NCBI GenBank assembly: GCA_965214825.1 | Contig: OZ243981.1 | Span: 3,583,910-3,647,909 of the forward strand | Length of the DNA stretch: 64,000 bases | Direction: 5' to 3' | Origin: an uncultured Pedosphaera sp. | GTDB taxonomy: Bacteria > Verrucomicrobiota > Verrucomicrobiia > Limisphaerales > AAA164-E04 | Shown: positions 20,589 through 30,770 of the stretch, piece after piece | How positions within the stretch are numbered: the first letter of the stretch is position 1 | Layout: every line of letters starts with the position of its first letter | Notes under the pieces: generated by a model | What the model was told of the DNA's origin: nothing | The model's database searches: none | The model's input: only the letters and a program-made list of their open reading frames with translations | Translations under genes and position numbers: made by a program

Positions 20589-20591
20589 AAA

Positions 20592-21527
20592 TTAGCCCGG
20601 TTTCACACCGAAAGCCAGTAGGGTTTCAAAGTGTGGCGGCTCGGTTTCTCTGGCGACGCAGTTGATGTCGATGGCAGTGAATCCGCCGTCTTCCAGCCAG
20701 TTTTGGAGGTCGCTTTCGGGAAAGCCGAGCCAGCGGTCGCCGTAAAGGGAATGGGCTTCGGCAAAGCGGTGTTTGCGAAGGTCGAGGATGGCGAGCTGGC
20801 CGCCGGCGCGGAGGATTCGGCAGCAGGAACGGATGGCTTTTTTCGGCGTTTCGGTGTGGTGAAGGGCTTGGCTGAGGATGGCAAGGTCGATGGAGCCGTC
20901 GGCGATGGGGGGATCGGCGAGATCGCCTTGGCGGAATTCGAGGTTGGCGATTCCATTTTGCCGGGCTTTGCGGGCGCCGAAAGCGACCATTTTTGGTGAG
21001 TTGTCCACAGCGATTACGCGTTTAGCCCGCAACGCCAGCAGCTCGGCCAAGAGGCCTTCGCCGGAACCGAGATCGGCAATCTCCAGCGGCGGGATGATTT
21101 GGAGGAGTAAATGCCCGAAGGCTTGCCAGGAGCGGCCCGGTCCGTAGCTGCGGTCGAACCGGCCTGCAACTTGATCAAAATAGACTTTGGCTTGATTTTG
21201 CCGTCGGGCGATGATGCGCCGCAGATTGGTTCTGTCGGCTTTGGCTTCGGGAAGCTCTTGGGCGCCTTCGGTGGCGAGTCGGAGGAGACCGGCAAGCGAT
21301 TCCGGCAAATCCCGATTCAGGCGGTAGAAGACGCGCTTTCCCTCCCGGCGCGAGAGGAGCAATTCTGATTCCTGCATCAAGCCGAGATGTGTCGAAATGC
21401 GAGACTGCCCCAAGCGGGTGATCTCCCGGAGTTCGTTGACGGAAAGCTCTTCTTGCCGGAGGAGGACTGTCAAGCGGAGCCGGGTCGGGTCGGCCAGAAT
21501 TTTGAGGGATTTAAGAGTCGAAGGCAT
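20592..21527 (-). CDS. ArsR-type HTH regulator fused to SAM-methyltransferase fold (SahR-like)
   Basis: N-terminal LKILADPTRLRLTVLLRQEELSVNELREITRLGQSRISTHLGLM. C-terminal class I MTase motif DLGSGEGLLAELLA..VDNSPKMV. Divergent from metK-ahcY. Confidence 0.75.
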   Translation of the reverse strand: MPSTLKSLKILADPTRLRLTVLLRQEELSVNELREITRLGQSRISTHLGLMQESELLLSRREGKRVFYRLNRDLPESLAGLLRLATEGAQELPEAKADRTNLRRIIARRQNQAKVYFDQVAGRFDRSYGPGRSWQAFGHLLLQIIPPLEIADLGSGEGLLAELLALRAKRVIAVDNSPKMVAFGARKARQNGIANLEFRQGDLADPPIADGSIDLAILSQALHHTETPKKAIRSCCRILRAGGQLAILDLRKHRFAEAHSLYGDRWLGFPESDLQNWLEDGGFTAIDINCVARETEPPHFETLLAFGVKPG

Positions 21528-21547
21528 CCGGTTTTTTTATGTTGGCG

Positions 21548-21613
21548 AAACTGCCGCAAGTTTTTCTTTGACGGCAACAGAGATTTTTGTATCATCCCAT
21601 CGTGATGCGTCAA
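21548..21613. promoter_or_regulatory. candidate operator palindromes in the regulator/metK control region
   Basis: AAACT-N6-AGTTT (21548-21563), ATCA-N8-TGAT (21591-21606), TTGACG-N34-CGTCAA (21568-21613). Seen by eye only; not matched to a known motif. Confidence 0.2.
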
Positions 21614-21648
21614 TATGAACAGGCCGCGCGGGTCGGAAACGAAGGTTG

Positions 21649-22827
21649 ATGAGCAAAAATTACATATTCTCTTCGGAGTCCGTCGGCGAAGGGCATCCAG
21701 ACAAAGTTTGCGACACGATTTCTGACGCGATTTTAGATGCCTGTCTGGAGCAAGACACCGCCAGCCGCGTCGCTTGCGAAACCTTCGTCAAGAGCAATCT
21801 GGTTGTCGTCGGCGGAGAAATCACCACTCGGGCAAAAGTCCACTACGCCGAAGTGATTCGTTCGGCTATTCGGGAGATTGGCTACACTCACGACGACGAT
21901 GTGTTCCATGCGGACAAGGTCTTCATCACCAATGCGCTGACGGCGCAAAGCCCGGACATCTCCCAAGGCGTGGACGCCAGAAAAGCGGCAGGCAAAGCAA
22001 CGGCAGAACAAGGCGCCGGCGATCAGGGATTGATGTTCGGATACGCCTGTAACGAAACGCCCGAATTGATGCCAGCGCCCATTATGTACGCTCACCGACT
22101 CGGCCGGGAACTCACCCGCATCCGCAAAAGCGGCAAGGTGAAGTGGTTGCGGCCGGACGCCAAAACCCAAGTGTCGATCCGATATGAAAACGGCAAACCC
22201 AAAGCAATCGCCAACGTTGTGATCTCGACCCAACATGCGGCATCCGCCACCAACAAAACCATTCGCGATTTCATCAAAAACAAAATCATCCAACGAATCT
22301 TGCCGAAAAAATTGTTGTCGAAGGAAACGCAAATTCTCATCAACCCCACCGGGCGCTTCGTGATTGGCGGGCCGCAAGGAGACAGCGGGCTGACCGGTCG
22401 GAAAATCATCGTCGACACTTACGGCGGCATGGGCCGACACGGCGGTGGCGCCTTCAGTGGCAAAGACCCGACCAAGGTGGATCGGAGTGCCGCCTACATG
22501 GGACGCTACATCGCCAAAAACATCGTTGCAGCAGGATTGGCCGCCCGCTGCGAAGTGCAACTCGCCTACGCCATTGGCCATCCCGACCCCGTCTCCATCG
22601 CCATCGACACCTTCGGCACCGGCAAGGCGAGCGACGAAGCAATCACCGAGGCAATCCGGCAAGTCTTCCGCTTCAAACCGGCGGAAGTCATTCAGCAGCT
22701 CCAATTGTCTCGCCCAATCTTTTCCGCCACAACCAACTACGGACATTTTGGAAAAACAGACGATTTGGAAACCATCACTTGGGAAAAAACCGACAAAACA
22801 GAAGTGCTCCAGCACGCAGTGAAATAA
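21649..22827 (+). CDS. metK: S-adenosylmethionine synthase
   Basis: [44 protein letters not shown] at 21649 (a TTG at 21646 is also possible). Confidence 0.95.
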   Translation: MSKNYIFSSESVGEGHPDKVCDTISDAILDACLEQDTASRVACETFVKSNLVVVGGEITTRAKVHYAEVIRSAIREIGYTHDDDVFHADKVFITNALTAQSPDISQGVDARKAAGKATAEQGAGDQGLMFGYACNETPELMPAPIMYAHRLGRELTRIRKSGKVKWLRPDAKTQVSIRYENGKPKAIANVVISTQHAASATNKTIRDFIKNKIIQRILPKKLLSKETQILINPTGRFVIGGPQGDSGLTGRKIIVDTYGGMGRHGGGAFSGKDPTKVDRSAAYMGRYIAKNIVAAGLAARCEVQLAYAIGHPDPVSIAIDTFGTGKASDEAITEAIRQVFRFKPAEVIQQLQLSRPIFSATTNYGHFGKTDDLETITWEKTDKTEVLQHAVK

Positions 22828-22871
22828 CCCTCGCCTCAGCGAACCGCCAGCAGATTTTCGCCAGACAACCA

Positions 22872-24308
22872 ATGAACACAACAACAGACGACACCCAAGA
22901 ATTGAAACCAGACTACAAAATCGCCGATCCCAACCTCGCCGGCTGGGGCCGCAAAGAAATCACCGTCGCCGAACAGGAAATGCCGGGGCTGATGGCTATT
23001 CGACAAAAGTATGCCCCCGACAAACCTTTGGCGGGCGTCCGTATCACCGGCTCCCTTCATATGACCATTCAGACGGCCGTTCTGATCGAAACCTTGGGCG
23101 ATCTCGGCGCCTCCGTGCGTTGGGCCAGTTGCAACATCTTCTCAACCCAAGACCACGCTGCCGCTGCCATTGCCGCTGCCGGCCACTCAGTCTTTGCCTG
23201 GAAAGGCGAGAGCCTGGAAGAATACTGGTGGTGCACCTATCAAGCACTGCGGCATCCCCAAGGCCGAGGCCCCCAACTCATCGTCGATGACGGCGGCGAC
23301 GCAACCTTGTTGATTCACAAAGGCTACGAACTGGAAGAAGGCAGCGGCTGGGTTGAAACGCCACCCTCAAGCGAAGAAGAACAAGTCATCAAAACACTCC
23401 TGAAAAAGATACACACAGAGAATCCTTACCATTGGCACGAAGTCGTCAAAGAACTAAAAGGAATCTCCGAAGAAACAACAACCGGCGTGCATCGCCTCTA
23501 TAAAAGACAGCAAGAAGGCACGCTGCTAGTGCCAGCAATCAATGTAAACAATTCAGTAACCAAATCGAAATTCGATAACCTCTACGGCTGCCGAGAATCC
23601 CTTGCAGATGGCATCAAACGGGCAACCGACGTCATGGTCGCCGGCAAAGTCGTCATGATCTGCGGCTACGGCGACGTAGGCAAAGGCTGCGCCCAATCCA
23701 TGCGCGGCTTCGGCGCACGCGTATTAGTTTCCGAAATCGATCCGATCAATGCGCTGCAAGCCGTGATGGAAGGACTTGAAGTAACGACAATGGAAGATTC
23801 CCTCGGCGAAGCGGACATCTACGTGACCACGACTGGAAATCGGGATGTAATCACGCTCGACCACTTGCTCGCCATGAAAGACCAGGCAATCGTTTGCAAC
23901 ATCGGCCACTTCGACAATGAAATTCAAGTGGACCGCTTGAATGCTCACAACGAGGTAAACCGAATCAATATCAAACCACAGGTCGACCAATATAAACTTC
24001 CCAATGGAAACGAAATTTATCTGCTGGCGAAAGGGCGATTGGTGAACCTGGGATGCGCAACCGGCCATCCGAGTTTTGTCATGTCCAATTCATTCGCCAA
24101 TCAAACCCTGGCACAACTCAACTTGTGGGCCAAACGGGAAACCAATAAACTCGGAGTCTACGTGCTGCCTAAAAAATTGGACGAAGAGGTAGCCCGCTTG
24201 CATCTGGAAAAACTCGGCGTAAAACTGACGACCTTGACGCAAGCGCAAGCGGACTACATCGGCGTGCCGCTCGAAGGCCCTTACAAGCCCGACTACTACC
24301 GCTACTAG
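22872..24308 (+). CDS. ahcY: adenosylhomocysteinase
   Basis: ATG 22872. [38 protein letters not shown] site, [10 protein letters not shown]-terminal YYRY. Confidence 0.95.
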   Translation: MNTTTDDTQELKPDYKIADPNLAGWGRKEITVAEQEMPGLMAIRQKYAPDKPLAGVRITGSLHMTIQTAVLIETLGDLGASVRWASCNIFSTQDHAAAAIAAAGHSVFAWKGESLEEYWWCTYQALRHPQGRGPQLIVDDGGDATLLIHKGYELEEGSGWVETPPSSEEEQVIKTLLKKIHTENPYHWHEVVKELKGISEETTTGVHRLYKRQQEGTLLVPAINVNNSVTKSKFDNLYGCRESLADGIKRATDVMVAGKVVMICGYGDVGKGCAQSMRGFGARVLVSEIDPINALQAVMEGLEVTTMEDSLGEADIYVTTTGNRDVITLDHLLAMKDQAIVCNIGHFDNEIQVDRLNAHNEVNRINIKPQVDQYKLPNGNEIYLLAKGRLVNLGCATGHPSFVMSNSFANQTLAQLNLWAKRETNKLGVYVLPKKLDEEVARLHLEKLGVKLTTLTQAQADYIGVPLEGPYKPDYYRY

Positions 24309-24402
24309 AAACCCCAAACTGGAACGGTTGCAGAATTTTGCGGCATCTTGCTGTTTTCTATTAGCAGGCTGCATCCGTTTCTTCTTATACATTGTGAAAA
24401 TT

Positions 24403-25545
24403 CTATCGCTTTGCTTTTCGCTTCTTCCAAAAATGCGCCATCGGCGCTGCGAGGATTGCTAGCACTAAAACCAAACTCGCAAAAAACCAAAAGACTCTCC
24501 ACTCTGCCTCCCGTTCTTTCATCTTGCGTTCTTCGTAATATAGCTGCACGTGGGGATCGTCCATCGCCGGCCATACATTGTTCGTCGTTGCGTGAATGAG
24601 ATAATTTCTCTTGCCACCTGAGTCTCGAAAACGATAATCGTCGATCTTAACCCTTTTGCTGCGAATGGGCGGTTTCCCTAAAGGCGGCGCATCTTTCTGC
24701 CATACAATGTTGGTAACTTGCCCAACAAGTAACGTCGCCAACTCATTGGTCTTGAAGTAGCTGTCAGCGCAACCGGGCCAGTAGATTCGAGACTCAAACT
24801 TTAACGGCAAAACCGCTCCGCCAAGATTGGTCTGGATAAGACAAGCATACTCCATCCCCAAATGCCCCGCTTCGATGTATTTCAAAATATCCAATTCTTC
24901 TTCTAGCATCGCTTGTGATCCTGGTTCGATCGGGTAATCAATTTCGGGCATAGTGACGGGGTTTTCCGGCACAGAGTCTCGCCCCAAGGTTCTGAACGTC
25001 GCTTCCTTCGGCAAACGTGGCCATTGCGGAAAGGTTTCGATCTTGTTTTCAAACGTAAACGCAAAAGGCTGCTCTCGAATACCACCTATCCAGAAGGCCG
25101 GCATCCGAGAAACATTGGTGGCCGTGTTTAAGTAATGGTCGGAAGCCAGCGCAAACCATATCACTCTGGGAACAGATCGCCAAAAGAGATCGTAGGGATA
25201 CACTCCCGGCGTAATAAATCCCATACTACCCTCCGTTTCATCAGGCGACTGAAACCTCTGATCAACCGGTAGATTTTTCATTGCCTCCCTTCTGGCCTCA
25301 CTGCCCGGAGGAAGCCGCAACACTTCCCGACTCGGCGGTTGATGCAGAACCAAGGCATACCAAATGCCATAAATGTCCTTCCCGTCCGAACCGAAAACAA
25401 AGACAGCGGTATGACTAGGTTCTCTATAATGCATTTGCCATTGTCCTTTTTCTTGAATCGCGATACTGAAAAACGCATTATGAAAACCTGATACCTTGTC
25501 GGACTCTTCGTAATCAAACACCGTGATGTCCAATTTCTCTTCCAA
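24403..25545 (-). CDS. hypothetical tail-anchored protein
   Basis: 380-aa ORF in a visibly AT-richer patch. Single C-terminal TM (WRVFWFFASLVLVLAILAAPMAHFW) followed by KKRKAKR. No family recognised. Confidence 0.6.
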   Translation of the reverse strand: MEEKLDITVFDYEESDKVSGFHNAFFSIAIQEKGQWQMHYREPSHTAVFVFGSDGKDIYGIWYALVLHQPPSREVLRLPPGSEARREAMKNLPVDQRFQSPDETEGSMGFITPGVYPYDLFWRSVPRVIWFALASDHYLNTATNVSRMPAFWIGGIREQPFAFTFENKIETFPQWPRLPKEATFRTLGRDSVPENPVTMPEIDYPIEPGSQAMLEEELDILKYIEAGHLGMEYACLIQTNLGGAVLPLKFESRIYWPGCADSYFKTNELATLLVGQVTNIVWQKDAPPLGKPPIRSKRVKIDDYRFRDSGGKRNYLIHATTNNVWPAMDDPHVQLYYEERKMKEREAEWRVFWFFASLVLVLAILAAPMAHFWKKRKAKR

Positions 25546-25567
25546 TTTGAAGGTTTCTGCCGCTTAG

Positions 25568-25708
25568 TTATCGGGGAGGGCTGATTAACATCAGCATGAG
25601 GCCGGCGCTGAGGAGATACAGACGTCCCGCCATAGTTTTGCCGGGGGCAAAACCGCTCATCTTCGTTCTCACTTGTTCAAACTGCTCCATTATTACTGCC
25701 TTTTTCAT
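25568..25708 (-). CDS. possible small hydrophobic-tail protein (46 aa)
   Basis: MKKAVIMEQFEQVRTKMSGFAPGKTMAGRLYLLSAGLMLMLISPPR, between pdxH and the 380-aa ORF. The longer ORF 25568..25918 overlaps pdxH and was trimmed. Confidence 0.3.
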   Translation of the reverse strand: MKKAVIMEQFEQVRTKMSGFAPGKTMAGRLYLLSAGLMLMLISPPR

Positions 25709-25763
25709 CAAACCATTATTCGCGATTGACAAGTTGTCTGCAAGGAATTTTTGCTGGCGATTT

Positions 25764-26402
25764 TTATGGAGCGAGACGTTGAATTTGCCAGCGGTCTTTG
25801 TTTTGGTGGATGTAGAGAAAGCGGTTGTGGATGCGGTTTTTGCCGCCCTGCCAGAATTCGATGGTTTTTGGGACAACTTGGTAGCCGCCCCAAAAGGGAG
25901 GGAGGGGAATTTCTCCATCGGGGAATTTTTGTTTTATTCTGTCCCACTTGAGTTCTAGCAGTTTTCGCGAGGGGATTGCCTGGCTTTGTGGTGAGGCCCA
26001 AGCGGCGATTTGGCTGCCTTGCGGTCGAGAGCGGAAGTATTCGCGGGATTGTTCGGGAGAAATTTTTTGGGCACAGCCGTTGATGATGACCTGGCGTTCA
26101 ATGGCGAGCCATGGGAACAGCAGGGAGACGTTTTGGTTAGCGGCGATGTGTTGTGCCTTGCGGCTTTTGTAGTTGGTGAAGAAGAGGAAGCCTTCTGCGC
26201 TGAAGCTCTTCATTAGGACGGTGCGCGTCCATGGCGCACCGTCCGGGGCGACGGTGGCGAGGGTCACGGCGTTCGGCTCCAATATCTCCGCCGCGCAGGC
26301 TTGATCGAACCAGATGCGGAATTGAGCGAGCGGATTGGGTTTCAAGTCCTTTCGGCTCAGGTTCGCCTTTGTGTATTCTCTGCGTAAGTCGGCAATGTTC
26401 AT
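25764..26402 (-). CDS. pdxH: pyridoxamine 5'-phosphate oxidase
   Basis: ADLRREY, TVLMKSFSAEGFLFFTNYKSRKA, RIEFWQGG-type motif (TIEFWQGGKNRIHNRFLY). Confidence 0.9.
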   Translation of the reverse strand: MNIADLRREYTKANLSRKDLKPNPLAQFRIWFDQACAAEILEPNAVTLATVAPDGAPWTRTVLMKSFSAEGFLFFTNYKSRKAQHIAANQNVSLLFPWLAIERQVIINGCAQKISPEQSREYFRSRPQGSQIAAWASPQSQAIPSRKLLELKWDRIKQKFPDGEIPLPPFWGGYQVVPKTIEFWQGGKNRIHNRFLYIHQNKDRWQIQRLAP

Positions 26403-26477
26403 CAAGACGAATAATAGCGAAGTTAGCGTGGCAGATTTTGTTTTGCATTCCCAGCGAATTTATGCGGGTGTTTTTCT

Positions 26478-26639
26478 CGCAATAAGTATTTGTGGGCTTA
26501 ACAGGGTGACGCGCAGGCACTCGACCGGTTGACCGGCACCCGTCTTGACAAAAAATCCAATCCTGTGCCTCCTGTCCATCCATGTGTCTCAAACAAAATC
26601 GCCCTCCAAAACCCTCAAAGCCCACAAATGCTTATCGCG
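26478..26639 (-). mobile_element. MITE copy B, 162 bp
   Basis: CGCAATAAGTATTTGTGGGCTT...AAGCCCACAAATGCTTATCGCG. Perfect 8-bp TSD gtttttct at 26470-26477 and 26640-26647. Confidence 0.9.
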
Positions 26640-26713
26640 GTTTTTCTGCTTGATTTTAGGTTGAAGTGGTGGTTATTTGCTTCTGTTTCTGATTTGTTGG
26701 TTAAAAGAGAGAT

Positions 26714-26873
26714 TTGGCGGTGGGCATTAATAAAATCAGAGGCTGGTTGTATTTGGCGGCGAAGCTGTTGGGCAATGTGAACGCTTTTAAGAGGGGGCGT
26801 GTTGTCCGGGCGCATCGCTCGCCGTCTGGCCGGCAAGGCGTCTGGCCAAATGCTGGAGAAGTGGCTCAAGTGA
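26714..26873 (+). pseudogene. small basic protein gene with 1-nt frameshift
   Basis: Frame 1 reads ...INKIRGWLYLAAKLLGNVNAFKRGRVV. From about 26811 the +1 frame reads RIARRLAGKASGQMLEKWLK* (TGA 26871-26873). The joined product resembles small LLGDVNA..GR.GRR..GKA.G proteins as I remember them from other genomes and phages. Confidence 0.35.
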
Positions 26874-26909
26874 GTTTTGCCTGTTTCGCCTGTCGGTGCG
26901 GTTTCGGGT

Positions 26910-29480
26910 TTAGAGGGTGTAGAGGCGAATGAAGGCGATGGCGGGGCAGTTTTGTTTTTTGGATTGGGGGAGGTCGATGGCAAATTCAGCGAACCAGTCG
27001 TTTTTTTCTTCCGGGTCGATGAGGGTTTGCTGGAGTTTCCAAGTTTGGTGGTTGTTTTGTTTTTGGATGAGGCTGTGGCGTTGGTTGCGGGCTTCGGGAT
27101 CGAGCCGGATTCGTTGGCGGTTTTGGAGGTAGGCTTTGAGTTGTTGTTCGAGTTCGGCGTAGTTTGCGGGCTGGGATTCAGCGGCATTGTCGGCCAGAGA
27201 CTCGAAGGCAGTCTGGATTTGCCCAGCAGCAAGGCTGCGGAGGAAGGAGAAGGCTTTTTGCCGAATTTGGGCGGCGAATGTTTTTTCGTCACGGGTGATG
27301 TCGGCTGTTGGACGCGGCGGCGCGGGAGATTTTTCGGCTGAATGCGCCGGGTTTTTCATGCGCTCCCATTCTTCCATGAGGCTGGAGTCGGTTTGTTGGA
27401 TGAGGGTTTTGAGGTAGATTTCAATTTCGCGGATGCTGTCGTTTTTTTTGTTGTCGGGGACGGTTTGGACAAGGGTTTTGTAGACGCTGGAGAGGTGTCG
27501 CAGGAGGAGGCCTTCGGCGCGTTGGAGGGAGTAGTCTTTGATGTAGTCGTCGAAGGAGCGGAAGGTTTCGAACATTTCGCGGACGATGGATTTGGGGCGG
27601 ATGTTTTCTTCGCCAACCCAAGGGTGGCGTTTGGCAAAGTCGTTGAAGGTGCGATAGATGAAGTCGCGGTCGGGCTTCGGGTATTCGAGTTTCTCAAGCT
27701 CTTCCATGCGTTGGTCGTAGCCGAGGCCTTCTGTTTTCATGGCCGCGAGGGCTTGGGCTTTGATCTTGTCCAACTGCTTCATCAGGATGAGGGAGGGGTT
27801 TTCGAGGATGGCTTCGACCAAGCTGATCACGGCAAGCGGATAGTCTTCGGATGCCGAGTCGAGCTGCTCAATAGCTTCATGGAGGTAGAGCGAGAGAGAC
27901 TGGTTCATCGAGAAGTCTTCTTGAAGCTCGACATTGACTCGAAGACGTTTGTCCGGACCGGCTTCGGCGGGCAGTTCGATGATGTTTTGCGCGAGCAAGG
28001 CGCGGAAGAGTTGCCAGCCGCGCCGGGCGTGCGCCTTCTTCCTGTTGGGCGAGTCGTGGCAATCGCGGATGAGCCGGCGCAACACGCGGCAACCGTCTTC
28101 CCTGCGGCGGCTTAAGACATGGATCAACATGCCGTGGGAGACTTGAAACCGCGAGATGAGGGTTTCCGGCGCGGACTGCACGAGGCGCCGAAAAGTCTTT
28201 TCGTCCCAAGAAACAAAATTCCGTTCGGGCGGTTTGCGCTTCACAAACTTCTTGCCTGTTTTGGCGGCTTTTTGTTCGAGTTTGTGGTTTTCGATGACAT
28301 GTTCCGGCGCTTGCGCCACCACCCAGCCGCAGTCATCAAATCCTTTGCGGCCAGCACGGCCGGCGATCTGGTGGAAATCGCGCGCGGCGACAATGCCAGT
28401 TTTGCTGCCGTCATACTTGCAAAGGCGGGTGAATACAACCGTGCGGATGGGAACATTGATGCCGACGCCGAGCGTGTCAGTGCCGCAAATCACCTTGAGC
28501 AAACCCTTTTGAGCCAATTGTTCAACGAGAAGGCGATACTTGGGCAAGAGGCCGGCATGATGCAAACCGATGCCGTGCTTCAGCCACTTCTTCAAAACCG
28601 GGCCGTAAGGGCTGTTGAACCGGACCCCCTGAAGCGCTTCGGCGAGAGATTGTTTCTCCGCCTTCGAGCCGATGGGAATGCTCGTGAAATCCTGAGCGCT
28701 TTGGGCCGCTTCCAGTTGCGTAAAGTGCACCACGTAAAGCGGGCATCGGTCCTGCTCAATTAGTGTCTCTACCGTTTGCGCGAGCGGCGTTTGGCGGTAA
28801 TCAAATTCGAGTGGAACTGGGCGCTTGGTCGTTTGGATCGCAGCCGTGGGCCTGCCTGTCAATTTCGTGAGAGCGGCCTCGAAAAAATCCGTGTTGCCGA
28901 GCGTGGCAGACATCAGAAGAAAGCGGGACTTTGCCAGAAGGAGCAGCGGGATTTGCCAGGCAACCCCGCGGTCGCGGTCCGAATAGTAATGGAATTCGTC
29001 CATAATAACGTCTGCCATTCCCGCACCGTCGCCCGACTTCAAAGCCATGTTCGCCAATATCTCTGCCGTGCAACATAAAATCGGCGCATCGCGATTTACC
29101 GTGGCGTCTCCTGTGCTCAATCCGACATTTTCCGGGCCGAACTCCCGACACAGCGCCAGCCACTTCTCGTTGACCAAGGCCTTAATCGGGCAGGTATAAA
29201 CCGACCGTTTTCCTTGCACGAGCGATTTGAAATGTAACGCCGCCGCTACCAGGGACTTGCCTGAACCCGTTGGCGTGTTTTGAATCACATTCTTCTCTTC
29301 ATATAATTCGATAATCGCCGCCTCCTGCGCCGGATAAAGCGAAATGCCCCAGTGCTCTACATGATCCAAAAACCTTTCGAGAGCCTCGTCGTTGGACAAC
29401 GGCGGCCCCATCGGATCAATCTGACGCAAAATCTCAGACACAAGCTGCGGACGGCAACGGAAGAAACCTGCGCTTCCCAT
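26910..29480 (-). CDS. DEAD/DEAH-box superfamily 2 helicase (DUF3516-type C-terminal region)
   Basis: [13 protein letters not shown] (motif I), DEFHYYSD (motif II), MSATLGN, HHAGLLP, GRAGRKG (motif VI), long alpha-helical C-terminal extension. Confidence 0.85.
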   Translation of the reverse strand: MGSAGFFRCRPQLVSEILRQIDPMGPPLSNDEALERFLDHVEHWGISLYPAQEAAIIELYEEKNVIQNTPTGSGKSLVAAALHFKSLVQGKRSVYTCPIKALVNEKWLALCREFGPENVGLSTGDATVNRDAPILCCTAEILANMALKSGDGAGMADVIMDEFHYYSDRDRGVAWQIPLLLLAKSRFLLMSATLGNTDFFEAALTKLTGRPTAAIQTTKRPVPLEFDYRQTPLAQTVETLIEQDRCPLYVVHFTQLEAAQSAQDFTSIPIGSKAEKQSLAEALQGVRFNSPYGPVLKKWLKHGIGLHHAGLLPKYRLLVEQLAQKGLLKVICGTDTLGVGINVPIRTVVFTRLCKYDGSKTGIVAARDFHQIAGRAGRKGFDDCGWVVAQAPEHVIENHKLEQKAAKTGKKFVKRKPPERNFVSWDEKTFRRLVQSAPETLISRFQVSHGMLIHVLSRRREDGCRVLRRLIRDCHDSPNRKKAHARRGWQLFRALLAQNIIELPAEAGPDKRLRVNVELQEDFSMNQSLSLYLHEAIEQLDSASEDYPLAVISLVEAILENPSLILMKQLDKIKAQALAAMKTEGLGYDQRMEELEKLEYPKPDRDFIYRTFNDFAKRHPWVGEENIRPKSIVREMFETFRSFDDYIKDYSLQRAEGLLLRHLSSVYKTLVQTVPDNKKNDSIREIEIYLKTLIQQTDSSLMEEWERMKNPAHSAEKSPAPPRPTADITRDEKTFAAQIRQKAFSFLRSLAAGQIQTAFESLADNAAESQPANYAELEQQLKAYLQNRQRIRLDPEARNQRHSLIQKQNNHQTWKLQQTLIDPEEKNDWFAEFAIDLPQSKKQNCPAIAFIRLYTL

Positions 29481-29599
29481 CGCTGCGGCGATGCAATAAC
29501 GTCTCTTGCCAATCTTCTGTCAAATGATTGCGCAAAAAACCTTTCCGGCAGGATGCCGACGGTTAGAAAAACGATTTTCCGGGCGGCGGACGCTCCGGG

Positions 29600-30415
29600 T
29601 TATTGCGCCGGGAAGGCGAAGCCGCGTTTGCGTTGTTTCGGGTCCCAAAATTCGAGGTTGACGTCTGTTCTGGTTCGGTAGGGGTCACTGGGCGGGTTGA
29701 TTTGATCGTCTTTCCGAAATTCGCTGTGGCCGTCGTTGAAGGCGACATTCCCCCCGTCTTGATGGCGGTGGGGGTCGATGCCTTCGAGCGTATCCCCCTT
29801 TTTCATTCCCGCCGACGGCCACCAGAGGCTGCTGCTCCAGTCCCCGCCGGGTTTTGGCATGGAGTCTCCAACGATGAGGTTTTCGCTGGGGCTGCGGACG
29901 CCGGCGCGTTTGAATTTGTTGTGGGAGGTGACCCTGATGCCGTTGATTATCGGGCCGCGCCCGCCGTCATGCGGATGAGAGCCGAGGAAGAAACCGTTGT
30001 AGCCGTAGCCGACATTGTGCGCGTCGAAGGCCCAACTCCATTTGACATCGACATCTTGGCGCGGGCCTTTGAACGAGAGGCAGCGGAACATATTCGTGAG
30101 GTTGTCCTGCACGATGGCAACGCCCCACCAATCGTGGAGTTGGCTTTCGTAGTTTGGTAGGCCGGGGCGGATGTTGTTCCGGTGGCCGGGGAAGTAGTCA
30201 TCGTGATCGTTGGTGTAAAGGTGCATGTAGATGCCCAATTGCCGAAGGTTGTTGAGGCAGTGAATGCGCTGGCCTTTTTCTTTGGCTTTCGACAAAGCGG
30301 GCAGGAGCATGCCGGCCAGAATGGCGATGATAGCGATGACGACCAGCAATTCGATGAGGGTGAAGGCCAGGCGTCCCGATTTCCGATTGGTTGAAGATGC
30401 TGTGTGATCAATCAT
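29600..30415 (-). CDS. prepilin-type N-terminal cleavage/methylation domain protein (DUF1559, H-X9-DG type)
   Basis: [32 protein letters not shown]-terminus. C-terminal [13 protein letters not shown] (H-X9-DG-like). Confidence 0.85.
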   Translation of the reverse strand: MIDHTASSTNRKSGRLAFTLIELLVVIAIIAILAGMLLPALSKAKEKGQRIHCLNNLRQLGIYMHLYTNDHDDYFPGHRNNIRPGLPNYESQLHDWWGVAIVQDNLTNMFRCLSFKGPRQDVDVKWSWAFDAHNVGYGYNGFFLGSHPHDGGRGPIINGIRVTSHNKFKRAGVRSPSENLIVGDSMPKPGGDWSSSLWWPSAGMKKGDTLEGIDPHRHQDGGNVAFNDGHSEFRKDDQINPPSDPYRTRTDVNLEFWDPKQRKRGFAFPAQ

Positions 30416-30500
30416 AACGGCAATGATGTTTTTCTGTTGAAGGGCAAGTTATTTGTAAGGCACATTGGCCTGAATGAAATCTTAGGTCAACTCTTTTTTT

Positions 30501-30620
30501 CGCAATAAGCAGTTACTGGCTTTTTCGCCTTGTCCAGCATAAAGGTCGGGCAGACATTCTTGTCTGCCCGCAGGCTGGAAGCCTGCGCCACTCCCGCTAA
30601 GCCTATAAATGCTTATTGCG
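30501..30620. mobile_element. MITE variant E, 120 bp (same TIRs, different interior)
   Basis: CGCAATAAGCAGTTACTGGCTT...AAGCCTATAAATGCTTATTGCG. Perfect 8-bp TSD cttttttt at 30493-30500 and 30621-30628. The interior carries the two-hairpin module also found in the IS 3' region. Confidence 0.85.
30548..30586. repeat. two-hairpin module, copy 1
   Basis: GGGCAGAC-attctt-GTCTGCCC followed directly by GCAGGC-tggaa-GCCTGC. Confidence 0.7.
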
Positions 30621-30770
30621 CTTTTTTTCCAGCGCTGGGCGTTCTTTCTGCTCGAAGTAGGCCGAGGTTGTTTTTTTCTGCGGATTGATGTTGCCTTTGG
30701 CGCGGGAGAGCGGGCGGCGCATCGGACGGCGGCCGAGTTGTTTTCTAGGATTTTGAACGGACAAGGATTG

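Noticed and set aside
21528-21648. SAM or SAH riboswitch upstream of metK or ahcY.
   Set aside because: I could not fold the 121-nt leader into a SAM-I/II or SAH-like consensus. The metK-ahcY spacer is only 44 nt. A protein regulator (SahR-like) next door is the more economical explanation.
26615-27292. 225-aa Ser/Pro/Lys/Thr-rich ORF at the helicase 3' end.
   Set aside because: It overlaps the well-supported helicase reading frame and runs into MITE B. Its low-complexity composition also argues against a real gene.
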